From IMG/VR virus record IMGVR_UViG_3300025096_000004, positions 127,496 through 191,495 of that record: a stretch of 64,000 nucleotides of DNA; one strand, given 5' to 3'. Below the pieces are notes generated by a model that was given only the letters and a program-made list of their open reading frames with translations, made no database searches and had not been told where the DNA came from. This document shows positions 19,410 to 30,051 of this stretch, in pieces; the first letter of the stretch is position 1, and each line of letters opens with the position of its first letter. The DNA is from a virus. Made by a program: the position numbers and the translations under genes.

Positions 19410-22400
19410 ATGTCAATGATGACCCAAAAACAATTTGAAGAACTGAAAGAACTTTTGAAGAAATTGGCCACCGATAAGGGTAAAGGCAAAGATTCTTCCG
19501 GCCCATCCGTGGAAAAAATAGAAAAAGGCGAAGAAGGAACTGCGGCTGGAAAAGCCAAAATGGAGCGAAATAAAAAAGCTCTCGCAGATCACCAACGTCG
19601 CGTCACATTGAGGTCTGAAGAACTTCGTCTCGAAACTGAGTTGAATCTAGGCTTATTTAATAGACAGGAAGCCATGGATGGTCTTCTTAAGATGGAAGAC
19701 CAAAAACATGAACTGATAAAAGCTTCCAACACTGCTTATAGTGAAGGAAACATTGAAAAAGCCAACGCCCTACAGAAAGAAATCGCTCAAGTCGATGTGG
19801 TCTTAGGCAAAAATCAGAAGCTTTTAAAAGCCGCCAAAAAACAAACTGTTGCACAGAAACAAGCACACCAATCCGGCGAAAATTTGTTCAGAGGTCTTGC
19901 CGGAACCATCGGGCTGGCCAAAAAAGCGCAAGATACTTTTGCCGGAAAACTTTTTAAAATGATTAAAGTCCTTTCGAAGCCCGGAGGGGTGAAGGCTTTT
20001 TTCAAAGGAATATTTCAGGGCATCATGCAACTGCCCTTTGCTCTTCTTGATAAAGTAATTCAACACACAATCCAGCTAATATTTGCCCTTGATAATGCTC
20101 AAAATGCCTTTTCCGCAGCAACACAGCAAGGCGATAAGTATAACCAAATGATTAGTGATTCAACATTTGCTAATATTCAATTTGGAATATCCGCCGCCGA
20201 GACCGAAAAAGCCCACCGTACTATGTATGAGAGTTTTTTCGCCTTTACTCAGACCGGCCCTGCTGCCCGAAGGCAAATGGGAGAGCTTGCCAGCAGGATG
20301 GAGAAATTAGGGGTTTCTGCTGAATCAACAGGCAAGATGATGAATTGGTTCAATAAGAACCTAAGCCAAACATCAGAGGATTCAATGGAATCCGCCGCCC
20401 AAATCGCCCTGTTGGGTAGAAATATAGGGATCAGCGCCGGGCGAATGTCAAGGGACTTTTTAGCGGCTATTCCTAAATTAACTGTATACGGTAACCGAGC
20501 CGTGGGTATCTTTGGTAACCTTGCTGCTATGGCACAAAGATCCGGAGCCTCTATGCAGGCCATGCTTGATGTCGCGGGCAAGTTTGATACATTCCAAGGC
20601 GCCGCCGAAGCTGTCGGAAAATTAAATGCCATCTTGGGAACTCAAATGTCGGCAACGGAAATGCTGATGATGACAGAGGATCAAAGAATTGAGACTCTTA
20701 TCTTACAAGTTCAAACTTCTGGAATGGCATTTCGCGATATGGATCGATTCACCCAAAAAGCAATTGCCGCCGCTGCGGGAATTAGTGATATGAACGAGGC
20801 CCAACGCATTTTCGGTGGTTCATTGAGCGACTATCATGAAGCTCAAGAATTGATGGTGAAAGAAGCCGAAGCTCAAGAGAAGGTAGACAAGGCTGTAAAA
20901 AATGCTCTTCCGGCAAAACAAAAGCTGCTCATTGCCTTTAATCAAATGGTATCGCAGCACATTACAGATGAGTTTATAACAAGAATGCACCAATTTGTCG
21001 ATTGGTTGATCAAATTGACAGAGCCCGAGCGCTTTCAAGCGTGGTTAAAGACAATGGGGCTGAGCAAAGACCAACTAGTTGCTCTCGGCGAGAAAATTTT
21101 ATGGTGGGGTGGCGTTCTCGGCGCCGCCTATCTTTTTCTTCCAATGCTCGTTGGGGGTTTAAAATCATATATTATGTATAGCAAGCTTAGTAAGATTGCT
21201 ACAAATGGCCAAGTCGCAGCCGAGAAAGCAAAAGGCATCATTTTGCCAAAAAACAAAGTCCAAATGAAAATGTATACCAAAACCACAAAAATGAATACAG
21301 CGGCAACTCAAGCAAACTCAAGGGCTGCATTTGCCGCCGCCGCAAAAATAGCTGCCGTCGGAGCCGCTATCCTGTTGGCCGGCATAGGTATATATATAGC
21401 CGTCAAGGGTTTTGTTGATTTAGCCAATGCCATGAGCGAAATGAAGAGTAACGTCGGCGCACTGGTTGCTATTGTTACTGTCATCACTGCCGGTTTTGTG
21501 GGAATGACCTTCGCACTCAGCCTGATGGGCGGAGCATCCGCTGCCGCTGCTGGTCCTATTATGGCTGTTGGGTTCGCTGTATTACTAATGGGCGCAGGCG
21601 TGGGCCTTGCTGCAATGGGTTTTGCGGTTCTGGTCATGGCCATCGGCGATCTTAATTCTAAGGGTCTCGAGGCTATTCAAACATTTGCCCTCTTGGCGTT
21701 TGGCATTGCTGCCATTGCCGCTGGTCTGCTTTACGCCTCTGGCGCCACTTTGGCCATAGGCACTGCTGCCATCGCCGCTGCACCCGGCTTGGCCACATTC
21801 ACTCTTGCCATCAAGGGGATTGGCTTTGCCCTTGCTCTTGTTGCCGGCGCTTTGGCCCTTATGTTTGATAGAATGGCAGCATTCGGAAGGGCAATCAAAG
21901 GAACCGCAAAAGATTCAAAAGCCATGGCAGGAGCATTGCGTGAAGCCGGCTATGCTGCGATACTTAATGGTAACCCAATTGCTCTTGCTGGTTTGGCAGC
22001 ACAAACGCTTTATGCCAAAGCATCCAAAACTACCGTTTCCATCTCCGGCGGTGCTAATCTGAAAGCAATGGCGGAAGGTATGGAACAAACCGCCTCTTTG
22101 GCGTCGTCTTTTGAAAAAGTGGCTGAAACCATGAATGCAATTGCCACTGGCATCAACGAGATAGACACGGCTATTGGCTCTGGCAAACGAAGGGTTGAAA
22201 TCATTTCTACATTGTCCCATTTAGCTTCGATTTCCACCGCTGAAGTCGCCACTTCGGCTAGAGGAAAAACTGCATCTTCAATCAATACAACTCAACAAGC
22301 AATAAAGGTAGAGATCGAGAATAAATTTGAGGACCTTCAGCTTGTGGTTGATGACGGCAAAACACACTCTTTTGCAGCGTATATACGCACGAAGAGCATT

Positions 22401-22421
22401 AATCGCAAAGGCGTTGCTTGA
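19410..22421 (+). CDS. tape measure protein
   Basis: 1003 aa, helical and Ala/Gln/Lys-rich with long hydrophobic Ala/Gly stretches; canonical position after tube and chaperone genes. Confidence 0.85.
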   Translation: MSMMTQKQFEELKELLKKLATDKGKGKDSSGPSVEKIEKGEEGTAAGKAKMERNKKALADHQRRVTLRSEELRLETELNLGLFNRQEAMDGLLKMEDQKHELIKASNTAYSEGNIEKANALQKEIAQVDVVLGKNQKLLKAAKKQTVAQKQAHQSGENLFRGLAGTIGLAKKAQDTFAGKLFKMIKVLSKPGGVKAFFKGIFQGIMQLPFALLDKVIQHTIQLIFALDNAQNAFSAATQQGDKYNQMISDSTFANIQFGISAAETEKAHRTMYESFFAFTQTGPAARRQMGELASRMEKLGVSAESTGKMMNWFNKNLSQTSEDSMESAAQIALLGRNIGISAGRMSRDFLAAIPKLTVYGNRAVGIFGNLAAMAQRSGASMQAMLDVAGKFDTFQGAAEAVGKLNAILGTQMSATEMLMMTEDQRIETLILQVQTSGMAFRDMDRFTQKAIAAAAGISDMNEAQRIFGGSLSDYHEAQELMVKEAEAQEKVDKAVKNALPAKQKLLIAFNQMVSQHITDEFITRMHQFVDWLIKLTEPERFQAWLKTMGLSKDQLVALGEKILWWGGVLGAAYLFLPMLVGGLKSYIMYSKLSKIATNGQVAAEKAKGIILPKNKVQMKMYTKTTKMNTAATQANSRAAFAAAAKIAAVGAAILLAGIGIYIAVKGFVDLANAMSEMKSNVGALVAIVTVITAGFVGMTFALSLMGGASAAAAGPIMAVGFAVLLMGAGVGLAAMGFAVLVMAIGDLNSKGLEAIQTFALLAFGIAAIAAGLLYASGATLAIGTAAIAAAPGLATFTLAIKGIGFALALVAGALALMFDRMAAFGRAIKGTAKDSKAMAGALREAGYAAILNGNPIALAGLAAQTLYAKASKTTVSISGGANLKAMAEGMEQTASLASSFEKVAETMNAIATGINEIDTAIGSGKRRVEIISTLSHLASISTAEVATSARGKTASSINTTQQAIKVEIENKFEDLQLVVDDGKTHSFAAYIRTKSINRKGVA

Positions 22422-22452
22422 TGAATTTTGACATAGTCCGAGAGACATAGAA

Positions 22453-23427
22453 ATGAAAAGTGTAAATGATATAATTCGTAAATACGCAAATTGCCAAGGC
22501 GGCGATCTCTTTTTTGGTGATCCATATATGCGCCACCCTCAGATATCTTTTTTGGCGTTTATTCAAGAAATGAACCAAACATTTTCTTTATCTTATGACC
22601 AAGAAGAGGTATATGGGAGAAACGACCCCATTACATCATATAGAAACACCAAGAGAACCCTATCGCTAAGCTGGATCATACCATCAGTTGATCTTTATGA
22701 TGCCAAGTTGAACCACGCGAAGACAAGGCACCTAATGCGCTTACTTTACCCAAGATATGAAAACTTGGTAGATCAAAAAATGAGTCAAGATGAATGGTTG
22801 AAAGCAATGCATCCTCGATATTATCTGGAAAAACAAGTGTCCGCCGCAGTTCAGAGACAATTGAAACCTAAAACTGCCGACCCCCGCCCCGATACTGTCT
22901 TTAAGTTTTTTCATTACATGGAAGCGGATGGTCATCATCTGATGATGGGCGCCGAGCCACGCCTCCGCTCAGGCTCTGGAGAGTACGGCAGCGGCCACTA
23001 CACCGATGCCGAAAAGATTTTCGCCCAAAGACGAGAAAATGAGAACAACCAAAACGAGGATGGCAGCGAGTGGAACCCCGAGCCCTTGGCTCAAAATATG
23101 TCAATTGATAGAGGAATAAAACATACCCAGACCATGATCGAGAACCCGATAGTGCTGATAAGATATTCAAATTTGATATCCGATGGTTTGGGCCTGCCCT
23201 TAATGGGCTATTTAGACGGTCTCTCAATAAAGCCATTACTGGATGAGGGCCACTTTACCGAGTGCCAAGGTGAGGTTCTAAATCCGATAACCAAGAAAAA
23301 AGTCATGATGTCCGCAGGCACCTACCCAAGGGTATATACTATTTCGTGCAATTTTAATGTAATTCATACAGAAGCTCTTGGATATGATGCACTGGGTGTC
23401 CCAATGAGTGACATATTTTTCATTTGA
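22453..23427 (+). CDS. baseplate-tube junction protein (gp48/gp54-like), paralog 1
   Basis: YGRNDPITSYRNTKRTLSLSW and YPRVYTISCNFNVIH motifs. Confidence 0.6.
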   Translation: MKSVNDIIRKYANCQGGDLFFGDPYMRHPQISFLAFIQEMNQTFSLSYDQEEVYGRNDPITSYRNTKRTLSLSWIIPSVDLYDAKLNHAKTRHLMRLLYPRYENLVDQKMSQDEWLKAMHPRYYLEKQVSAAVQRQLKPKTADPRPDTVFKFFHYMEADGHHLMMGAEPRLRSGSGEYGSGHYTDAEKIFAQRRENENNQNEDGSEWNPEPLAQNMSIDRGIKHTQTMIENPIVLIRYSNLISDGLGLPLMGYLDGLSIKPLLDEGHFTECQGEVLNPITKKKVMMSAGTYPRVYTISCNFNVIHTEALGYDALGVPMSDIFFI

Positions 23428-23429
23428 AG

Positions 23430-23437
23430 ACTAATTA
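23430..23437 (+). promoter_or_regulatory. putative late promoter motif
   Basis: ACTAATTA between the two baseplate paralogs. Confidence 0.55.
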
Positions 23438-23452
23438 TCTCCGGAGGGCCTA

Positions 23453-24292
23453 TTGATGTCATCTATTTACACCATGCACAAATATTCGCTTAATGAATAT
23501 GCAAAGCAGACCAATGCATATTTGTCTTTTTTTGCTATGCACCCCAACAAAGGCCGGGCATTCAAGATGGCAAGTATTCAAGGCTCCACCGCCGATCTCG
23601 ATGCCAAATACCTGCCGAAGGCCGGCAAAGAACCAAGACAATCTGCTATGTTTTATGCATTTGTTAATGACTTTGACGAATCTTTTGCTTCTTCGTGGGA
23701 TGCACAGCAATATTACGGCAAAACAGACGCCATTGTTGGATTCAAAAACACCAAAAGAACTATTTCTTTGTCTTGGAAAACACCAGCGGCTGATTTGGAT
23801 GCAGCTAAGGATGTTTACAAAAATTTGAACTCCTTGGCAACGATGCTTTATCCGACTTATTTGGGAGTGAATGCTATTGCCGAGGCGGCGCCAAATCCAC
23901 ACAAAAAAGACACCAATGACTGGAACGATCTGGTCGAGTCAGTGAAAACAATATATAGGGCACCCGCGTCCAGACCCTTGGCCAAGCCTCCGATTATTGG
24001 AGTCTCGTGGGGGAACCTGATTGCAAATAGAGATCCTAATTACGACGCAGCCCCAACCTTCGCCCCAATGGGCGCCATGCCGTCTCATTCGCCAGATGCT
24101 CCCAATCCGACCTATTATTTAACTGAAGCTAGGGCTTTAATTTGTCATGTGGAAAATTTCGCTCTGGCCCCCGCTGTGGAGAATGGATATTTCTCTGATG
24201 CTGGCAAGCTATACCCAAGAATTTGGAATTGTTCGATCAATTTAACCGTCCAACATACCCATGCATTGGGCCGCCAAGCTCGAAGCTGGTAA
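23453..24292 (+). CDS. baseplate-tube junction protein (gp48/gp54-like), paralog 2
   Basis: YYGKTDAIVGFKNTKRTISLSW and YPRIWNCSINLTVQH. Start is TTG 23453 or ATG 23456. Confidence 0.6.
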   Translation: MMSSIYTMHKYSLNEYAKQTNAYLSFFAMHPNKGRAFKMASIQGSTADLDAKYLPKAGKEPRQSAMFYAFVNDFDESFASSWDAQQYYGKTDAIVGFKNTKRTISLSWKTPAADLDAAKDVYKNLNSLATMLYPTYLGVNAIAEAAPNPHKKDTNDWNDLVESVKTIYRAPASRPLAKPPIIGVSWGNLIANRDPNYDAAPTFAPMGAMPSHSPDAPNPTYYLTEARALICHVENFALAPAVENGYFSDAGKLYPRIWNCSINLTVQHTHALGRQARSW

Positions 24293-24304
24293 AAGGAGAA
24301 GAAA

Positions 24305-24643
24305 ATGTCAAGATATAGAAAAAGAACACTTGGATACAATATCCATCAGATGTACACTGAACACTTTAAGGCTCGAGATGTGTTCTCGATTGATCATTAT
24401 GCAACGCCGAAACTTATCTTTCCATCGGACAACCAATCAAAGCTAATATCATTTATGACTCATATATGGTCTTCTAGGGATAAATATTATCAACTGGCCC
24501 AGAGGTATTATAATGATTCTAAGCTGTGGTGGATCATAGCTCAATACAATCAAGCTCCAACCGAGCAGCATCTTGTGGAGGGTCAGGCCATTAAGATACC
24601 TTTCCCTCTTTCTGCTGTATATAGCTATATAGGACAAGAGTAA
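24305..24643 (+). CDS. LysM-like baseplate wedge protein (gp53-like)
   Basis: DKYYQLAQRYYNDSKLWWIIAQYN...G..IKIP pattern. Confidence 0.75.
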   Translation: MSRYRKRTLGYNIHQMYTEHFKARDVFSIDHYATPKLIFPSDNQSKLISFMTHIWSSRDKYYQLAQRYYNDSKLWWIIAQYNQAPTEQHLVEGQAIKIPFPLSAVYSYIGQE

Positions 24644-27600
24644 TGCCAGCCCCGACCGCATCCCAGCTTCAGGACGAAAAGTATCGCAACAAAAGATATT
24701 CCTATGACAAGCCCTCGCTTGTATTAGAGATGATTTGGAGTAAATTGTATTGGGACTCCAATGGCAAGAATGGCACCGACTTCGCGTGGAAGAATAAATT
24801 CACAGTCCAGCGCAATGAGTTGCTTTGTTATGCCGCCGCAATCAATGCTTTCTTGGACCCCGGCGAGAACCATTTTGAAGAAGCCAATGCTGATCTTTTG
24901 CGAGATATAAAGGATTCCAAAAGTGGTATGAACAGCACCGAACACTTTTTCACGAACCCAACTGAAGGTTATTTTCTTAAGGGCGGATATTGGCCCGGCT
25001 GGGCGAGTCAATATACAGCGAACCCCGCCTCCGCCGGAGATATTATACCTTACAATGAGTGGAAGAAAGCGCTGAGTGACTCAGACACTGCTGCTCAAAC
25101 CGTCGCTCTCAATAAGTCCACAGATGGGTGGATTGACGGTGCAAATGAGATTCACTTGAAGAGCCACCATTGGGCTTGGCAAGTTCATCTCCCATGGCAG
25201 CAAGCTTTGAAGGCCAAAATCGACCAACTTATGCAACCTTGGCTCGACGAAGATAAACCGCCAGAATGGGTACTTCCCGCCGATGACTGGCGATATGCCA
25301 AAGCGCTATCAATTATTTTAGATGCAGGTATGCCATCGAGGGCAGAAAGGTCAAGCGGCTACGGTTACAAGGGTGGAATGCAATATCCACTGTTTTTATA
25401 TTATCAGAGAACAGATGGAAAAGGCGGATACCAACCTTGTTGGGGTTATATTCATTGGTGTTCCGAAGTTCCGGCAGAGCCCACCAATGTTTTTGCCGAC
25501 TCTCCATGGATGTCTGGAGACTCTTGGCTAGCCAAAAAGTGGGTTCCTTTTTGGAAGGCAATCCAAAATTCTAAGATAGCTGATGATTTGAATGTTCCGT
25601 CAAGAGAAAAGTTTGTCAAGATGGTCACTAAGAAGATCAAAGAGGTTATACAAAAAATTAAACATGCAGATCATGGTAGATCTTGTGTTAACATCAACGA
25701 AATGGATGAGACGATTGATTGGCCTCGACAAAGTGGCTTCACCGCCCCCGACTGGATCTTTGAAACCAATTCCGCATGGAACCACTTCAGCCCATTGAAC
25801 GACGTGAAGAATTTAAGGGACACAATAGACTCCACAGAGGTGGTGGAACAACTCCAGAAGGCCGGCAAGCCCCCGTACTCCGCCGGGATAAACCCTTGCA
25901 ACTCCTTTTGGGGAAGCCCCCACAAGGCGATGTCGTATTGGGCAAATAAAAAATCAACATTCCCCTCTCAAGGTAAAGGACCCACTTGCATCCGAGGTGC
26001 GCCAACGGTCTGGCACTTCGATAAAGTTGAAGAGTCTGCAAAGGCTACCACTTTACAGTGGAACTGGTCAATCTACTGGGATATTTTTAAGCCCATGGCT
26101 GCTGATTATTCCACAGTCTCTTCATCGCCGGGAAACAAGGCCTACATGTCTGGCATCTCGGAGGGCTGGTGGGACCCCGCCTCTGGCGGCTTCTTGGTTT
26201 TTAACTTTCTGAAAGGACTCCAAGGCACAAATGTGGAAAGAGATTATAAGCTTTGGGATCTGATCCACCCCGGCGATTTCGGCGGCGACAATGACACCGA
26301 TGGTTTTGACGAGTCTTGGATACCGGAAACCGACGATGTCCGGGGACGAATGTGTGTAAAGATGACGTCCGACGATGTGAAAAAAATGCTCAATGAATGG
26401 TTTGAAAAGAACCCTGATACAACTTTGTATGGATTGGACAAGGATGGAAATACCAAGGCCATTCAAAAAGGCTTTACTTATAATCTCACCCTCGCCAATG
26501 CAGTCTACCGCAAGTGGGGTGAACATTGGGAGGATAACAAAGATCAATGGAAGAACGAATTTTGGAAACCACAACCATTGGATCGTGATATAGATGATCA
26601 ACGTGTGGACTTAAACGATGCAACGAATTACGGCGGTGCTGTAGATGAGGCTTATTTTCAAGGGCTGGTCGAGTTTCATAAAAACCTCGATGCATATTAC
26701 CAAAAGGCACAAAATTTCAATCCTGATCCAGACATCAACCCCAATGCCGACAAGGTCCAACACCATGCCATGTCTTGGGGTTTCGCCAGAGGCTTTGGTA
26801 CTTCGTATAACAATGACGCGAGATATAAACGAATAATGCAAAAAGGGGAAACATATGAAAACGCCTTGCACTCTTTTGATTGGGACGATGAAGATGAGCG
26901 GGCTGAATTTAAACAATATATAGAAGATTTATTTGTTGATCATTGTGCCCTCGCCATCGCCGCCCATTATGCAGGTCATGCTCGGATGGAAGAAGCGGAA
27001 GCATTTTTGATTCAAATTTTAAAAAAAGAAACTGAAGATCCAAAAAAGCTCTCAAAAACAGATCTTTTAGAGGCCGAAGGCGATGCCAAGAAAGATTTAC
27101 TGAATAACAATATCACCAGCGCCAGCCCAACCAAAGGTTCCGGAGCCCTTACAGACGAGGAAATTGAAAAAAGACAGAAATTTTTTAAACAATGCGCTCT
27201 TTTGTTAAATTTGGAACAGTTTGTTCAAGCCCATCGATTTAGAGTAAATGCTGCCATCGCCGACAAGACCTCCGGCATCCATAGTAACGGAAAAGGTCCG
27301 TATAATGGAAGATTTTGGATGCTCGAAGACGGCGGCGGCGGCCAAGCCTCGTCCGTTCCAGACCAATCTTCAATGGTCAATAAGTTATTCATTAGAGAGG
27401 ATTTATATGCTTTTATGAATATTCCGCAAGCTGTTGTTGCCCTTATGACACCAAAATTGAGATTATATCAGGTATACAGCAAGGCAATTCAAATCGATGG
27501 CAAACCCGGAGATACTTTAATCGAAACTGAGTTTGAATTTCCGCAAGAAGGTCTCGGCCTTACCGAGACCGACAATGCAGCAAACCGCATTAAACAGATG

Positions 27601-30006
27601 TGGTCAACCGAGTTTGATAAAGGCAGTGGCGCCGGCATTAAAAGTTTTTCGTGGATTTATGAAGGGACCAGTCCAGCAACGGCACGGAATGATATTTCTT
27701 GTGATTTATCGCTCCATTTTCAATCTTTTAATGATTTTTTTAAATCGAGGGTAAACTCTATTAATGGTCGTTATTATAAGTTTGTTGATTTGGTTCTTTA
27801 TCCCCAACATCGCACCAGCGACCGCCGCAGAGATTATGACCAAGGTGCAAAACAAGAATATGACCCTTCGGATTATAGAATAAGGGTGGATGTTGGTTGG
27901 AACGTTCCTCCTGAGTCACTTAGGGGAGAGATTAATCGAATTGCGAGACTAAGCCAAGTCGATTTGTGGTCGACTACAACAGACGACGCCGGCACGGTTA
28001 TAGACTATTATGATCAATTGAGATTGATTATTAATAATAGCAACAAGTCTTTTTATCTAAACATGGTTGACCACAAGATGGACATTAAAGATACTGGTGC
28101 GGTTCAAATAGACATTAACTATAGGGCGTATGTTGAGACTGCTTTAAAATCAACCCGCTTTAATGCTCTCTTAGATGAAGAAACTTATATAATGAAGCGC
28201 AATCAAAAACAGCAACTTATAAATGCTAAAAAGAAAAAGTGTACCAGACAAGACTTTATGATACTCCGAAGAGAAATAGATAGGCAAAATGAGTTAATTA
28301 CAAAAAATGCACACCAATCTATCATGAAGAGACTCATTAAAAGAAATAAAATATATTTTGTTGATGTTGAAGAGACAGACAAACTAGAATTTGAACGAAG
28401 GGGGTATTTTCCAAATAGACCTAAATATGTGAATTATGACAAAAAACAAGCGCAGTCCGGCATGGCAGTGATGACGCCCGATACCCAAACGCGCCTTAAA
28501 AAACATGCCAAGAGCAGCAATATTCGCACCTCAAGCTATCACCTTCTAAGAGACAAGTGGATAGACGAAAATGTCTCTAGAAATGTTCGCGTGAATTATT
28601 TTTTCATGGGCGATTTGATATATACAATTCTTGATGTCATTAACGGCATTCAACCAGATTTGGAAAAAACCAAAATATTGTTGGGAAGTTTTGAGTATAT
28701 TGATTTTGACGGAAGATCAAGGCTTGCAAATATAGCAGATATCCCCGTGTCCTGCGATTATTTCTTCGAATGGTATACTCAACATGTTGTGAAAACGAAG
28801 AGACAATCATTTCCCGTTGCTTATTTCATTCGTACCTTGTGTAATCATTTTATAACTGAGTTGTTGTCTGATAAGTGTAGAAACAAGGCCCAAGTTTTGA
28901 AAATATCTTTCAAAACAGGTACTTTTATGTCTGCACCACACAAAGATAGAGATCCATTTGAACACATGGTAACCACATCAGATACAACCGCAAAGAGATC
29001 TAATGGATTGGAAAGGCTTTTGGTTCAGGTGGGAAAATATTATGATGGCACCTACACCTCGGCCACCCTCCCCTTGACTCATTATGACCGATCACCGGGA
29101 GCGAATATTACTCAAAACTTTTTTCATTATATGATGGTGTACCCAGTTGTTTCTCCTGCGATCAACCACCCCGGCACGGGTGATGAACTGCAAGACAGGA
29201 AGCGCGGCGTCCACCACATACATATCGGCGCACGGACAGGTGTTATCAAAAAAGTTAGTTTCGACAGAACAGATATCCAGTACATCCGAGAGTCTCGTTT
29301 TTTAAATCAGGGTGAAGATGGTCTGCTTCAACTTGGGGCGGTCTATAAGGCGACGATTGATATGGTGGGGAACACTCTTTGGTTCCCGGGAATGGAGCTA
29401 TACGTCAATCCTCTTGGCGTAGGTGGATTGGAGCTTGGTTTTCCAAATGATTCTTCTTCCGCTGCTAACAAGCTGGGCCTTGGAGGTTATCACATTATAA
29501 CAAGAATTAAATCTACAATAGCCCCGGGTGTGTTCAACACACAGGTGGAGGCTCAATTTCACTATTCCGGCGATAAATCTGTTGACAAGCAGCGCCTCGG
29601 ATTTATAAAAGCCGATGATAAGACATCAATTGTTGATGTCAAGGGCGAAATATCTGACCAATGTGAGAGTATTTTGACCCAATTACAAAAAAGCACAGCC
29701 CATCTTGGCGGCAAGCTGTCTCGTATTGATGAAGAGACTAGTTATTCAACCGGAAAAGACCTCGAAGAGCAAAATATGGATAAAATGACAGAGAATGCAA
29801 ACAAAACTATTCCGAATGTTCCAAGTAAATATGGCGTGGCCCCTAAAATCGAGTCCAAAGCGCCACGGACTCCGGATAACAAGCGCAATAACCCCGGCGG
29901 CTCCGGCGGCCATCGAAAGCCCGATACGCCTGCCAACCCGATTCGACCAAACCCGTCTCCCCCGGTCAGCAATGTCACCTATGGGCCAAATACAAAGAAG
30001 CGCTGA
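24643..30006 (+). CDS. very large baseplate hub-like protein with unknown N-terminal half
   Basis: Follows the LysM wedge gene. C-terminal GVIKKVSF, YKATIDMVGNTLWFPGMELYVNP and GGYHIITRIKSTI..G.FNTQVEA resemble gp27/phage D-type hub ends. Confidence 0.55.
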   Translation: MPAPTASQLQDEKYRNKRYSYDKPSLVLEMIWSKLYWDSNGKNGTDFAWKNKFTVQRNELLCYAAAINAFLDPGENHFEEANADLLRDIKDSKSGMNSTEHFFTNPTEGYFLKGGYWPGWASQYTANPASAGDIIPYNEWKKALSDSDTAAQTVALNKSTDGWIDGANEIHLKSHHWAWQVHLPWQQALKAKIDQLMQPWLDEDKPPEWVLPADDWRYAKALSIILDAGMPSRAERSSGYGYKGGMQYPLFLYYQRTDGKGGYQPCWGYIHWCSEVPAEPTNVFADSPWMSGDSWLAKKWVPFWKAIQNSKIADDLNVPSREKFVKMVTKKIKEVIQKIKHADHGRSCVNINEMDETIDWPRQSGFTAPDWIFETNSAWNHFSPLNDVKNLRDTIDSTEVVEQLQKAGKPPYSAGINPCNSFWGSPHKAMSYWANKKSTFPSQGKGPTCIRGAPTVWHFDKVEESAKATTLQWNWSIYWDIFKPMAADYSTVSSSPGNKAYMSGISEGWWDPASGGFLVFNFLKGLQGTNVERDYKLWDLIHPGDFGGDNDTDGFDESWIPETDDVRGRMCVKMTSDDVKKMLNEWFEKNPDTTLYGLDKDGNTKAIQKGFTYNLTLANAVYRKWGEHWEDNKDQWKNEFWKPQPLDRDIDDQRVDLNDATNYGGAVDEAYFQGLVEFHKNLDAYYQKAQNFNPDPDINPNADKVQHHAMSWGFARGFGTSYNNDARYKRIMQKGETYENALHSFDWDDEDERAEFKQYIEDLFVDHCALAIAAHYAGHARMEEAEAFLIQILKKETEDPKKLSKTDLLEAEGDAKKDLLNNNITSASPTKGSGALTDEEIEKRQKFFKQCALLLNLEQFVQAHRFRVNAAIADKTSGIHSNGKGPYNGRFWMLEDGGGGQASSVPDQSSMVNKLFIREDLYAFMNIPQAVVALMTPKLRLYQVYSKAIQIDGKPGDTLIETEFEFPQEGLGLTETDNAANRIKQMWSTEFDKGSGAGIKSFSWIYEGTSPATARNDISCDLSLHFQSFNDFFKSRVNSINGRYYKFVDLVLYPQHRTSDRRRDYDQGAKQEYDPSDYRIRVDVGWNVPPESLRGEINRIARLSQVDLWSTTTDDAGTVIDYYDQLRLIINNSNKSFYLNMVDHKMDIKDTGAVQIDINYRAYVETALKSTRFNALLDEETYIMKRNQKQQLINAKKKKCTRQDFMILRREIDRQNELITKNAHQSIMKRLIKRNKIYFVDVEETDKLEFERRGYFPNRPKYVNYDKKQAQSGMAVMTPDTQTRLKKHAKSSNIRTSSYHLLRDKWIDENVSRNVRVNYFFMGDLIYTILDVINGIQPDLEKTKILLGSFEYIDFDGRSRLANIADIPVSCDYFFEWYTQHVVKTKRQSFPVAYFIRTLCNHFITELLSDKCRNKAQVLKISFKTGTFMSAPHKDRDPFEHMVTTSDTTAKRSNGLERLLVQVGKYYDGTYTSATLPLTHYDRSPGANITQNFFHYMMVYPVVSPAINHPGTGDELQDRKRGVHHIHIGARTGVIKKVSFDRTDIQYIRESRFLNQGEDGLLQLGAVYKATIDMVGNTLWFPGMELYVNPLGVGGLELGFPNDSSSAANKLGLGGYHIITRIKSTIAPGVFNTQVEAQFHYSGDKSVDKQRLGFIKADDKTSIVDVKGEISDQCESILTQLQKSTAHLGGKLSRIDEETSYSTGKDLEEQNMDKMTENANKTIPNVPSKYGVAPKIESKAPRTPDNKRNNPGGSGGHRKPDTPANPIRPNPSPPVSNVTYGPNTKKR

Positions 30007-30051
30007 TTTTCAAAAAAAATATGACTGAAAAAATAAAGGAGAAGCTTGATT

